A DNA stretch of 64,000 nt from Candidatus Latescibacterota bacterium (lineage in GTDB: Bacteria > Latescibacterota > UBA2968). The DNA lies in the NCBI GenBank assembly GCA_965204745.1, contig OZ242010.1:1056001-1120000 (forward strand), read 5' to 3'. The position numbers and the translations under genes were made by a program. The notes beneath the pieces were generated by a model. That model had not been told where the DNA came from. It saw only the letters and a list, made by a program, of their open reading frames with translations, and did not search any database. Shown here in pieces: positions 29,610-39,078 of this stretch (the stretch's first letter is position 1; every line of letters starts with the position of its first letter).

Positions 29610-31064
29610 GTGTTGCCAAAGCAATTTTACATCGCAATTTTGATCTTGCTGATCCCGATTCCAGCACTGGCTTATGACCGCGGCGATTGGGAGAGTTTTC
29701 CCAGTATGAATTACGTCACGTCCATTGCCGAAAGTCCGACGGTTATTTTTTTGGGGACTACCGGGGGCATTCGTCGGTATGATCGATTTTCCAGAACTTG
29801 GATGGCGCCGATTACGACGCTCGATGGTCTTCCCGACAACCGGGTGCAACGCGTTATTTTCGATGGGGACACGGGCGATTTGTGGTTTGAAACGCCGTCG
29901 GGTGCGGGCCGATGGCTCACGGGGGTGCAAAGTGTGATGCGAGGTGGCAACCCGCCTGGTCGTCTCAATAGGCCGCGGGCGGTTGTCAATATTCCACCTG
30001 TTTTTCCGCCTTTTGGGTACTATCTCGACGACCGCCAGGTTTTGGGGCCTCGGCGCAATTACGCCATTACCGACGTGCTGATCGATTCTTGGCAACACCT
30101 GTGGATCGCCACATGGGGCCTGGGCGTGGGCCAGGCCGAACTCCTGAATGGTCAACTTTCGTTTCTCACATTTGGGCCGTTGGAGGAAAATGTCACGGCG
30201 ATAGTGCGCGATGGCGATGCGATATGGCTCGGAGGGGCAGACACGTATCGCGCACCTGCACGCGGGATCACGCGGTACTGGCCGGGCACGAATACGTGGG
30301 AATATTTTGAAGCCAATCGCATCATCGGCCTCGACGATCCACAAGTCGTCACCATCTTGCCCGGCAACGACAAGGTGTGGTTTGGCACGCACAATGGCTT
30401 GATGCGGTATGACAAGCGCGCCGATCAGTGGTTCACGTACCGCGAGACCCGGCGGTGGGGACGTGTGCAGGCACTGGCGCGGGACAGCAATACCCTTTGG
30501 ATCGGGTCGGAACGCGGTTTGGCAATGCTGGACATCAAAGCCGATTCGCTCGACCGCGTGTCCGGAAGCGAATACGCGAGTATCCACGCTTTGGTCGCGG
30601 GGCCGAATTATATATGGGCCGGCACGCACGCCGGGCTTTTTCAATGTGCGCGAGGGGATCGCACTTGGCGGCCCGTGCGCGATGCGAATAATATTGCCAA
30701 ACGCAGGGTGCGCTCGCTAGCGGTGCATGACGATGATCTGTGGATCGCCACAGCAGCTCCGCCCGCTGTGGTGCGCTATGGCCCGACGGATGACACCTGG
30801 CGCGAGTATCGCCTCGCGGAAATCGGATGGCGAGAAGACCGCGTCTCTATCGCGGCTGATGACGAGTGGGTGTGGGTTGGGACGAGTGCAGGGGCTTTTC
30901 TCCTCGATGTGCCGCGCCACCTTTGGACGCATTACACGATGTTCGACGGGCTTATTCACACGCGGGTGCAGGCGGTTCTCCGCGATGGCGAATACGTCTG
31001 GTTTGGCACGGCGGAGGGATTGAGCCGGTTTCACTGGGCGCGTATCTCGTTTGACGGCCGTTGA
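29610..31064 (+). CDS. Secreted beta-propeller protein (two-component regulator propeller-like repeats)
   Basis: Signal peptide; repeated W(F/I)GT..GL blades and DGL....V motifs; GTG start inferred. Confidence 0.75.
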   Translation: MLPKQFYIAILILLIPIPALAYDRGDWESFPSMNYVTSIAESPTVIFLGTTGGIRRYDRFSRTWMAPITTLDGLPDNRVQRVIFDGDTGDLWFETPSGAGRWLTGVQSVMRGGNPPGRLNRPRAVVNIPPVFPPFGYYLDDRQVLGPRRNYAITDVLIDSWQHLWIATWGLGVGQAELLNGQLSFLTFGPLEENVTAIVRDGDAIWLGGADTYRAPARGITRYWPGTNTWEYFEANRIIGLDDPQVVTILPGNDKVWFGTHNGLMRYDKRADQWFTYRETRRWGRVQALARDSNTLWIGSERGLAMLDIKADSLDRVSGSEYASIHALVAGPNYIWAGTHAGLFQCARGDRTWRPVRDANNIAKRRVRSLAVHDDDLWIATAAPPAVVRYGPTDDTWREYRLAEIGWREDRVSIAADDEWVWVGTSAGAFLLDVPRHLWTHYTMFDGLIHTRVQAVLRDGEYVWFGTAEGLSRFHWARISFDGR

Positions 31065-31363
31065 AAGGTAGCTTTGAGGGGTTCTTTATTAGTTTCGCAA
31101 CTCTATTACAACACAGAATATTAGAACTACTTTATACCCAAAAAAAGTGCGTGACATAGGACTTCAAATTTGTTACTTTTGGGTTTCACGGCATCCAACA
31201 AACAACACCTTGGCATTGGAAAATTGCATGGGCTTTCCATCGGTTCAAACCATGATTTTCGTTTCCCCTGCTAACAACACTCCCCGTTGAATTGTCCGGC
31301 GGCTGTTCCACGCGCATACCTGGCGTTTGGGTAGCCGCTTTTCTCTTTTTGGAATGAGCGACT

Positions 31364-31807
31364 ATGAAACCCGCCCTTGGCCTCATTGAAATGTTGGGTT
31401 TTGTCGGCGTTGCCGAAGCAGCAGATGCAGCGACCAAAGCCGCGGCGATTGAGTTGTCCGCAGTTGAAAAAATAGAAGGCGGTATGATTTCCATTCGCTT
31501 TTTGGGCGATGTCGGCGCGGTGCAGGCCGCGGTTGAAGCGGGGGTGCAGGCCGCGCAACAGGTGGGCACGTTGGTGGCCCATCGCGTTATCCCCAACCCA
31601 CACGAAGACCTCGTGCGCGTTTTTGGGCTGGCGGAAGAAACAGACGAGGAAGAAGAGGATCTCGAAAGTCTATCCGTGCATCGCCTGCGCCAACGCGCTC
31701 GAGAGACCCCGGGCGTCACCATTCAAGGCCGTGAAATTTCACGCGCAAATCGGGCACAACTGCTGTCCGAACTCCGCCGGGCAAAAAGCAATCAAACGGA
31801 CATTTAA
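31364..31807 (+). CDS. BMC shell protein with acidic linker and small C-terminal helical domain
   Basis: ALGLIE..G...AADAATKAA...GDVGAVQAAV..G...VIPNPH BMC signature. Confidence 0.9.
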   Translation: MKPALGLIEMLGFVGVAEAADAATKAAAIELSAVEKIEGGMISIRFLGDVGAVQAAVEAGVQAAQQVGTLVAHRVIPNPHEDLVRVFGLAEETDEEEEDLESLSVHRLRQRARETPGVTIQGREISRANRAQLLSELRRAKSNQTDI

Positions 31808-31822
31808 CTCGGAGCTACCGAC

Positions 31823-32146
31823 ATGAACACGGACTCACTTTGGACAAAAATCAAACAAGGTCTGCGCGATAGCGCGACCACCGCAGCGGAAAGAGCCGAA
31901 TACCTGGGCAAGCTGGGGCGGGCACGCCTCGACATGGCGCGCACGCGCCACGCCATTCACGATGCGTTCACCGACCTCGGCGGGCATGTGTACGACCAGC
32001 TCAAAGACGATGACGCCGCTGCCCGAGCGCAATCCGAAGCGGTTCAAAATTACATCCGGAACATCCGCGAATTGGAACAGCAGTTGCAAAACCAAGAACA
32101 GCAGTTCAAAGCATTGCAGGAAACGGACCAGTCGTCCACTGATTAA
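31823..32146 (+). CDS. Hypothetical coiled-coil protein
   Basis: GGAG RBS; 107-aa helical ORF in operon context. Confidence 0.7.
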   Translation: MNTDSLWTKIKQGLRDSATTAAERAEYLGKLGRARLDMARTRHAIHDAFTDLGGHVYDQLKDDDAAARAQSEAVQNYIRNIRELEQQLQNQEQQFKALQETDQSSTD

Positions 32147-32410
32147 CGTCAAACTTCTGCGCCCCACCAGAAGTTTAGGCTCGCGCCCGCGCCGGAAAAA
32201 GGGACAGGCACTGGCTGACGGGTAGAGATAGGAGGTACAGATATAATGCTCCCTTTGTCGTTTCTCGGTGGTTTTTCAAATCGGTTTTCAGACGTAGTAA
32301 CTTTTTGAAATGCCACTTAGACCTTTGTCTGAATCCTTTACCTTGCAGGAAGACAACCCTGTATTTACCCGCACAAATCCCCTGTGCCAAAGGAAGGAGA
32401 GGTTGACGAA

Positions 32411-33268
32411 GTGCCAAGACTATCAAAAAGACCTTATGCCCGCGAAGACGAATCACTGGATCAGTATCTGCAAGAAATCGGTGAAGTCGCTTTGCTCACC
32501 GCAGATCAGGAAGTCATGCTGGCGAAACGGATCAAAAAGGGCGATCAAGGCGCCCTCGAGGAATTGACCACAGCCAACCTGAGATTTGTGGTAAGCGTCG
32601 CCAAGCAGTATCAAAATCAGGGCCTTTCGATGGGCGACCTGATCAACGAGGGCAATCTTGGGCTCATCAAAGCCGCCAAGCGGTTTGATGAAACCAAGGG
32701 TTTCAAATTTATTTCTTATGCCGTGTGGTGGATCCGCCAAGCGATTTTACAAGCGCTGGCCGAGCAGTCCCGCATTGTTCGCCTGCCCCTGAATCGCGTG
32801 GGCGCGCTTCACAGAATTGGCAAAGCATCGAGTGGTCTCGAACAGGAGTATGGACGCGAACCCAGCCCGGGTGAAATCGCCGACGAGCTCGGCATGAACG
32901 ATTTTGAAGTGCGCGACACGCTCAAAATTTCGAATCGCCATCTTTCATTGGACGCGCCGTTCAAAGATGGCGAGGACAACAATTTGCTCGATGTGATCGA
33001 AGACGACATGCAAACCCCACCTGATGATCCCCTTCTCGATGACGCGCTCAGTCGAGAGATCGAGAAGGCCCTCGCGACCCTCACGCCCCGAGAAGCCGAG
33101 GTCATTAGCCTTTATTTTGGCATCAACCGCGCACAGCCACTTACCCTCGAGGAAATCGGCGAGCGTTTTGGGTTGACCCGAGAGCGCGTGCGTCAGATCA
33201 AAGAGAAGGCCCTCCGGCGATTGCGCCACACCTCGCGCAGCCGCCCCCTGAAATCTTATTTGCATTGA
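32411..33268 (+). CDS. RpoD/SigA-family sigma factor lacking region 1.1
   Basis: [46 protein letters not shown]; start uncertain (32384 or 32411). Confidence 0.93.
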   Translation: MPRLSKRPYAREDESLDQYLQEIGEVALLTADQEVMLAKRIKKGDQGALEELTTANLRFVVSVAKQYQNQGLSMGDLINEGNLGLIKAAKRFDETKGFKFISYAVWWIRQAILQALAEQSRIVRLPLNRVGALHRIGKASSGLEQEYGREPSPGEIADELGMNDFEVRDTLKISNRHLSLDAPFKDGEDNNLLDVIEDDMQTPPDDPLLDDALSREIEKALATLTPREAEVISLYFGINRAQPLTLEEIGERFGLTRERVRQIKEKALRRLRHTSRSRPLKSYLH

Positions 33269-33285
33269 CGCGCACGGCAATCCCG

Positions 33286-33321
33286 ATAGGCCACATCGCC
33301 CGGTGTGGCCTATTCTTTTTT
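33286..33321 (+). terminator. Intrinsic terminator after the sigma factor
   Basis: ATAGGCCACATCG-CC-CGGTGTGGCCTAT followed by a T-tract. Confidence 0.7.
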
Positions 33322-33391
33322 GTCCGACTTTCGCGCTTCTGGCGTGTATTGTATCCGTGGTAGCCCATCCAACACGATAGGAGAAATTTTT

Positions 33392-34045
33392 ATGTCCAAC
33401 TGGCGTTTTACCCACTTGATCGCGGTTTTATCGTTGGCGTGTCTCCCCGCATTTGTCTTTGCCCAAGACGACGAAGAGATAGAACCCGCCATGATGGGTG
33501 GGAGCGGGGCGACAACTTGGATTTTGAAAGGAAATAAAATTTACTATCTCAAATGGGATCGGCAATTTGAGCAGGCGCAGATTTACGGCCCTCGTGAACT
33601 CGACAACGACGATGATGCCGCAGAGACCCTGCTCTTGCAAAGTTCGGGCAATTTTGCGTGGGTCTTGCGGGATGACGAGGTCTTTTTTGTTACTGCAAAA
33701 CGCGAAGGCTCGTTTGTCACGCTCGAGGTTGAACGCCCGGAGGAACTCCCCGATGCGGACGCATCCGGGCCGGTGATGATGGCCGGCGGTGGGTCTATGG
33801 CTTGGGTTTTGAAGGGCAACAGTCTCTTTTATCTCAAGTGGGATGCCTCGTACGGGAAGGCGCAGATTTACGGCCCGGAAGAGCTTCCCGCCAATGACTA
33901 CGGCCCTTCTGCGCCCGTGCTCATGCACGGCACGGGCAACGCGGTGTGGATTTTGCGGGGCGATGAGGTTTTTTACGTCGCGGCCAGAGTAGATGGCGCG
34001 TTTGTCGATATCGAAATTGAACGACCCGAGGAACTTCCGGACTAA
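33392..34045 (+). CDS. Secreted hypothetical protein made of a duplicated ~90-aa unit
   Basis: Signal peptide; two copies of W.LKGN..YYLKWD...AQIYGP.EL...W.LR.DEVF.V...ERPEELPD. Confidence 0.75.
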   Translation: MSNWRFTHLIAVLSLACLPAFVFAQDDEEIEPAMMGGSGATTWILKGNKIYYLKWDRQFEQAQIYGPRELDNDDDAAETLLLQSSGNFAWVLRDDEVFFVTAKREGSFVTLEVERPEELPDADASGPVMMAGGGSMAWVLKGNSLFYLKWDASYGKAQIYGPEELPANDYGPSAPVLMHGTGNAVWILRGDEVFYVAARVDGAFVDIEIERPEELPD

Positions 34046-34071
34046 GGGCCTATACTCGTGGGCAAAATTTT

Positions 34072-36417
34072 ATGAATGTCTTTGCACAGCGCAACCACCT
34101 CGTCGCGGGCCTGGTCTTTTTGATCACGACCGTGGTCTATCTTTCGACACTGGCCCCTACGGTTGCATTTTGGGACTGTGGGGAGTTCATTACCACGTCT
34201 TATACGTTGGGCGTTCCGCATCCGCCCGGCGCGCCGTTTTACACGTTGCTGGGGCGCATTTTTTCCATGTTGCCATTGGGGGAGATCGCGTTTCGCGTGA
34301 ATCTCTTGTCGGCCGCGGCGGGCATCGCCACGGTCGTCCTCATTTATTTGTGTACGGTGCGCTTGCTCTGCACCTGGCTCGACCGCGAAAATACGGCGCA
34401 ACAAATCGCCATGATGGTAGGGGGCGTGGTGGCCGCTCTCAGCACGGCGTTTTCATTTTCCTTTTGGAACAATGCCATCGAGGCCGAAGTTTACGGCTTG
34501 TCGATGTGCATTACGATGCTGGCGGTTTGGGCCGCCCTGCGCTGGGATGACGCGCACAAGGATCACAACAGCGACCGCCTGTTGATCTTTATCGCCTATC
34601 TCTTTGGCCTGGGCGCGGGGGTGCATCTGCAGTGTTTGCTCACCATTCCCGGGATTCTCATTTTGCTGTTCACGGATTTGATGGAGGACCGCGCACTCAA
34701 GCATCAGGTGCTCGTGGTCGTGGGGCTCGTCCTCTATCCCTTTTTGTCGATTGTCGCCCCGGTGATTGTCGCCGCGGGTTTGACGGTGTTCGTCATCGTC
34801 GGGTTGCTCATTCTCAGGCCCGCGTGGCGCAATCCCCAATTTTGGCTTTGGGGCATTCTCATCGGGGGGCTGGGTTTTTCCACGTATTTCGCGCTTTTTA
34901 TTCGGTCGGGGCTCGATCCCGTTATCGACATGAACGACCCCGAGACATGGGAAAATTTCAAGGCATTTCTCGCGCGGCAACAATACGGCATCCATTTTAT
35001 CGATCCGCGCCGAGGCGACTTTTGGGCGTTTCAGTTCAATATTCACCTCAAATACTTTCTCCAACAGTTTCCGTTTTTCGATGGGATTCCCGCGCTATTT
35101 CGCCGCGCCGTAAATGTTTATACCAGCCCATATCAGACCATTCACTATTCTTTGATCACGCTCGCGCTCGGCATCGGCGGGGCCGCGTATCACCTGTGTA
35201 AGGATTGGAAACGCTTCGCGTCTCTCTTTGCGATGTTTGCCCTGATGGGCATGGGGTTGGTGATCTATCTCAATATGCCGGATCCCGAACCCCGAGAGCG
35301 CGAATACATTTTTGTGGGGGCGTACACGTTTTTTGGGGTTTGGATGGGCATCGGCGCGGCGGGTCTCATCGCTTGGATGCGGACGCCACCTCTGGCGATT
35401 CCCGCGGCACTTCTCATGCTGGCCGTGCCCACGGGTATTCTGGTCAAAAATTATCACGTCCACGACCGCACGGGCGATTTTGTGCCGTATGATTATGCCC
35501 ACAATATCATGGCGACTTGTGATGAAAATGCCATTTTGTTCACCAATGGGGATAATGACACCTATCCGCTTTGGTTTTTACAGGGCGTTGCGGGCGTGCG
35601 AACGGATATTCAAGTCGTCAATCTCAGCCTGATCAAGACCAATTGGTACGTCAAGCAGATCAAGCGGCTCGGGGTTGAGGTGGGGCTTACGGATGAGCAG
35701 ATCGACAATTATCTCACGGGCGTTCCGTGGGATGAGGGCAGGAGTATGACGGTCTCGGGGCTCGCGCTCGAGGCAGGGGATATTCCCACCGCCGAGTACT
35801 ATATCGGCAGTCAGACGATTCGCGTCGTTGAACCCCACACTTGGATGATTTGGAAGCTCGTTGAAAATAATTGGCGCGACCGGCCCATCTACTTTGCCGT
35901 GACCGTGCCGAATAGCAATATGGCGGGGTTGAAGCCGTATTTGTCTATGGAGGGGATGGCTTACAAGTTGGTCGAGACCCGCGGCAACGGGCAGTTTGAC
36001 GCAGAGAAGGCCAGACGCAATTTGCTCGAGGTCTATCGCTATACCGGCGTGGCGGACAGCACGGTTCACAAAGACCCGGTCGCGCGCCGCTTGCTCAGCA
36101 ATTACCTGATTCTCTTCGATAGCCTCGTCCGCGCTTATCTGCAAACGGGCAGGTACAAAAGTGCGTATGACGTTCTCGCCGAACTCGAAAAGCGCGTGCC
36201 GCCCTACGCGCTCGATATTCCCGAAGCCTGGCAGGAACTCGGCGGCAGACACTACGGCGAGTTGGCCCAACGCTTTGCCATCGCAGGCGATTCTGCCCTC
36301 GTGATCGCCTCGCTCGAAAACCTGCTCCGCCTGGGGCCGCCAATCGAAAATCCCGAAGACATTCACGCACTCATAGACAAGTGGAAGTCAAAGATAGATG
36401 GGGATATACCTCGGTGA
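34072..36417 (+). CDS. DUF2723 membrane protein (TMEM260-like GT-C glycosyltransferase)
   Basis: PTVAFWDCGEF, HPPGAP, EAEVY, LFTNGDNDTYPLW. Confidence 0.9.
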   Translation: MNVFAQRNHLVAGLVFLITTVVYLSTLAPTVAFWDCGEFITTSYTLGVPHPPGAPFYTLLGRIFSMLPLGEIAFRVNLLSAAAGIATVVLIYLCTVRLLCTWLDRENTAQQIAMMVGGVVAALSTAFSFSFWNNAIEAEVYGLSMCITMLAVWAALRWDDAHKDHNSDRLLIFIAYLFGLGAGVHLQCLLTIPGILILLFTDLMEDRALKHQVLVVVGLVLYPFLSIVAPVIVAAGLTVFVIVGLLILRPAWRNPQFWLWGILIGGLGFSTYFALFIRSGLDPVIDMNDPETWENFKAFLARQQYGIHFIDPRRGDFWAFQFNIHLKYFLQQFPFFDGIPALFRRAVNVYTSPYQTIHYSLITLALGIGGAAYHLCKDWKRFASLFAMFALMGMGLVIYLNMPDPEPREREYIFVGAYTFFGVWMGIGAAGLIAWMRTPPLAIPAALLMLAVPTGILVKNYHVHDRTGDFVPYDYAHNIMATCDENAILFTNGDNDTYPLWFLQGVAGVRTDIQVVNLSLIKTNWYVKQIKRLGVEVGLTDEQIDNYLTGVPWDEGRSMTVSGLALEAGDIPTAEYYIGSQTIRVVEPHTWMIWKLVENNWRDRPIYFAVTVPNSNMAGLKPYLSMEGMAYKLVETRGNGQFDAEKARRNLLEVYRYTGVADSTVHKDPVARRLLSNYLILFDSLVRAYLQTGRYKSAYDVLAELEKRVPPYALDIPEAWQELGGRHYGELAQRFAIAGDSALVIASLENLLRLGPPIENPEDIHALIDKWKSKIDGDIPR

Positions 36418-36658
36418 CGCACTCCCCTTGCCTTAAAACAAAATGTCAACACAACCTAGGGGGTAGGTTGAATTTGCGAATGAATTTGAGCAGTGGCCTG
36501 TCCCTACGGGTGATGGGCGGAACAGATCGCTGCCCCCTTGGGACGCGGGCCGAGGTCACGCACATGGCGGGGTGAGGACGGGAAGGGAACGCACGGGTGG
36601 CGAGGGGGCGAGGGGGCGAGGTGCGGACTGACAACTGAACTGATCTCCGGAGGACTCC

Positions 36659-37702
36659 ATGTACGATGTCATAACCTTTGGCGAGGCGATGATTCGATTG
36701 TCTTCGCCCGAGTATCGCCGATTGGAAAATGCCACCAAACTCGATGTCGAGATCGGGGGCGGCGAATACAATGTCGCGGTCGGGTGCGCGCATTTGGGAT
36801 TGAACGCCGCATGGGTCTCGCGCTTGGTCGATAATTGGTCCGGGCGGCTCATTCGCAACAAGGGCCACGAGCACGGGGTGGATATGTCCAATATTTTGTG
36901 GACGGATTTCGATGGCATTGGGCTCGAGCGCAATGGGTTTTATCACATGGAAGTGGGCGTAGGCCCGCGTGCGAGTGCCGTGACGTATGACCGAGGCCAT
37001 ACCGCGATTATGAATATCAAACCCGGCATGGTGGATTGGGCATCTGTTTTTGCAGGGAGCAAGTGGTTTCACGTCAGCGGCATTACCCCCGCATTGTCCG
37101 AAGGCGCGGCAGAGACCACTGTGGAGGCATTGCAAGCGGCGTGCGACGCAGGTGTGATCACGAGTTTTGACCTCAATTTCAGGTCCAATTTGTGGAGAGC
37201 GGAAAAAGCACAGGAGACCATTGCAAAGTGCATCCCGCATGTGAAGGTGCTCATCGGCAACGAAGAAGATTTTGAAAAGACCATGGGCTTGAAGGCCGAA
37301 GGCACGTCGGGGGATTACGATGCCCTGGATCCGGAGAGCTACAAAGAAGTCGCACGCGAGGCCACAGCGCGATATCCCAATGTGACGCATGTGGGCACGA
37401 CCCTGCGCGTCGCCAAAACCGGGTTGCTGAATGACTGGCGCACCTTGCTTTGCGATGGCGATGAATTTTATTTGTCGCGCATTTACGAAAATTTGGAAAT
37501 TGTGGATCGCGTGGGCGGGGGCGATAATTTTTCCGCGGGGATTATTGCGGGCCTGCTCGCGGGCAAACCCGCTCAAGAGATCGTCGATTTCGCCGGTGCG
37601 TATTCGGCACTGGCCCATACGTTCCCCGGCGATGTGAATTGGGCAACGCGCTCAGAGGCCGAGCGCGCCATGAAGGGCGAAAGCGCACGGATCAGACGCT
37701 AA
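36659..37702 (+). CDS. kdgK: PfkB sugar kinase, 2-keto-3-deoxygluconate kinase-like
   Basis: FGEAMIRL, GGGEYNVA, FDLNFR, DRVGGGDNF; adjacent to eda. Confidence 0.82.
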   Translation: MYDVITFGEAMIRLSSPEYRRLENATKLDVEIGGGEYNVAVGCAHLGLNAAWVSRLVDNWSGRLIRNKGHEHGVDMSNILWTDFDGIGLERNGFYHMEVGVGPRASAVTYDRGHTAIMNIKPGMVDWASVFAGSKWFHVSGITPALSEGAAETTVEALQAACDAGVITSFDLNFRSNLWRAEKAQETIAKCIPHVKVLIGNEEDFEKTMGLKAEGTSGDYDALDPESYKEVAREATARYPNVTHVGTTLRVAKTGLLNDWRTLLCDGDEFYLSRIYENLEIVDRVGGGDNFSAGIIAGLLAGKPAQEIVDFAGAYSALAHTFPGDVNWATRSEAERAMKGESARIRR

Positions 37703-37728
37703 CTGGCGTGGATGGCAGGGTTGCAAAA

Positions 37729-37956
37729 ATGGCAAAACTCGATAAATTAAAAGAAGAAATCGGGTGGTTGAGGATCGTATTTGGCATATTCATCGCCGCT
37801 GATATTTCCCTTGTCGCTTGGGTGGTACAAAATTACAATAAGGCTGATATATTTCTGTTGATTATTTTTATTGTTTGGGTTGGCGTAATTACAGCCATCA
37901 TTTTTTTTCTTAACAAAGCGGCGTACCGCAGGATCAATAAACTGGAGGATTTGTGA
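37729..37956 (+). CDS. 75-aa two-TM hypothetical protein
   Basis: MAKLDKLKEEIGWLRIVFG...RINKLEDL; AT-rich; stop overlaps the next ATG. Confidence 0.7.
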   Translation: MAKLDKLKEEIGWLRIVFGIFIAADISLVAWVVQNYNKADIFLLIIFIVWVGVITAIIFFLNKAAYRRINKLEDL

Positions 37957-38078
37957 TGGTATGGTTTCCAATTATCGCTTTTACGATCTTCATGACGGGC
38001 CTTGTTATCGTGAGTATACAGGCTATCAGAAATGGAGAAAAAAAGGATGACAAATCCGACAAGTCAACGCGCTCATGA
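37956..38078 (+). CDS. 40-aa single-TM microprotein, copy 1
   Basis: GGAGG RBS; MVWFPIIAFTIFMTGLVIVSIQAIRNGEKKDDKSDKSTRS. Confidence 0.7.
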   Translation: MVWFPIIAFTIFMTGLVIVSIQAIRNGEKKDDKSDKSTRS

Positions 38079-38092
38079 CTGGAGGATTTGTG

Positions 38093-38215
38093 ATGGTATG
38101 GTTTCCAATTATCGCTTTTACGATCTTCATGACGGGCCTTGGCATTGTTACTGTCCATGCCATTCGACACGCCTATAAATCGGATGACAAATCCGACAAG
38201 TCAACGCGCTCATGA
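38093..38215 (+). CDS. 40-aa single-TM microprotein, copy 2
   Basis: GGAGG RBS; MVWFPIIAFTIFMTGLGIVTVHAIRHAYKSDDKSDKSTRS. Confidence 0.7.
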   Translation: MVWFPIIAFTIFMTGLGIVTVHAIRHAYKSDDKSDKSTRS

Positions 38216-38241
38216 TGGTTTGACGAATTGGAGGATTTGTG

Positions 38242-38364
38242 ATGGAATGGTGGCCTATTGCAGGTTTTTTGATTTTTTTGACGGGCCTTGTTATTGTTGG
38301 TGTCCATGCCATTAGACACGCCTATAAATCGGATGACAAATCCGACAAGTCAACGCGCTCATGA
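38242..38364 (+). CDS. 40-aa single-TM microprotein, copy 3
   Basis: GGAGG RBS; MEWWPIAGFLIFLTGLVIVGVHAIRHAYKSDDKSDKSTRS. Confidence 0.7.
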   Translation: MEWWPIAGFLIFLTGLVIVGVHAIRHAYKSDDKSDKSTRS

Positions 38365-38436
38365 TGGGCAGATCGTGGCCCGATAACCCATGCCTCTCTC
38401 CGTTTGGGGAGGGGTTTGCTTTTTGAGGGAGGAACG

Positions 38437-39078
38437 ATGGCAAGCATTGTAGATCGCATAATTGATTGCGGCGTGGTCGCTGTGTTGCGCGCGGACAATC
38501 CGTCTCAGTTGCTGGATGTGTCCAAAGCCTTGCGCGAAGGCGGGGTGGTGGCAATTGAAGTGACCATGACCGTGCCCGGCGCGCTGAAGGTCATCGAAGA
38601 GGCGGCGGCGAACATGGCAGACACGATTATCGGCGTGGGATCCGTGCTCGATCCGGAAACGGCGCGAGCAGCGATTTTGGCCGGCGCGGAATACGTGGTC
38701 AGCCCCATCCTCAATCCGGCGGTGATCGAGATGAGCAAGCGGTATGGCAAGGCCGTGATGCCCGCCGGGTTCACGCCCACGGAAATTTTGACCGCGTGGC
38801 AAGCCGGGGCCGACGTGGTCAAAGTCTTTCCCGCAGGCGTGGGTGGCCCGTCGTATTTCAAGGACATTCTGGGGCCTTTGCCCCAAGTAAAACTCATGCC
38901 CACGGGCGGGGTAGATGCCAAAACGACGCCCGAATTTATCAAAAATGGCGCCGTGGCCGTGGGCGCGGGCAGCGCGATGGTGGAGAAGACAGCCGTGGCA
39001 AATCGCGACTGGGCATCGCTGACAGCAACGGCAAAATCATTTGTCGATGCCGTGGCGAACGCACGGGCAGAACCATGA
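38437..39078 (+). CDS. eda: KDPG/KHG aldolase
   Basis: VVAVLR, IEVT, GVGSV, TPTE, KVFPA, MPTGGV. Confidence 0.9.
   Translation: MASIVDRIIDCGVVAVLRADNPSQLLDVSKALREGGVVAIEVTMTVPGALKVIEEAAANMADTIIGVGSVLDPETARAAILAGAEYVVSPILNPAVIEMSKRYGKAVMPAGFTPTEILTAWQAGADVVKVFPAGVGGPSYFKDILGPLPQVKLMPTGGVDAKTTPEFIKNGAVAVGAGSAMVEKTAVANRDWASLTATAKSFVDAVANARAEP

Noticed and set aside
37942-38364. CRISPR array (recurring constant segments with variable middles)
   Set aside because: The variable parts are homologous to each other and encode in-frame peptides with RBSs; the period is 137-149 bp; no cas genes
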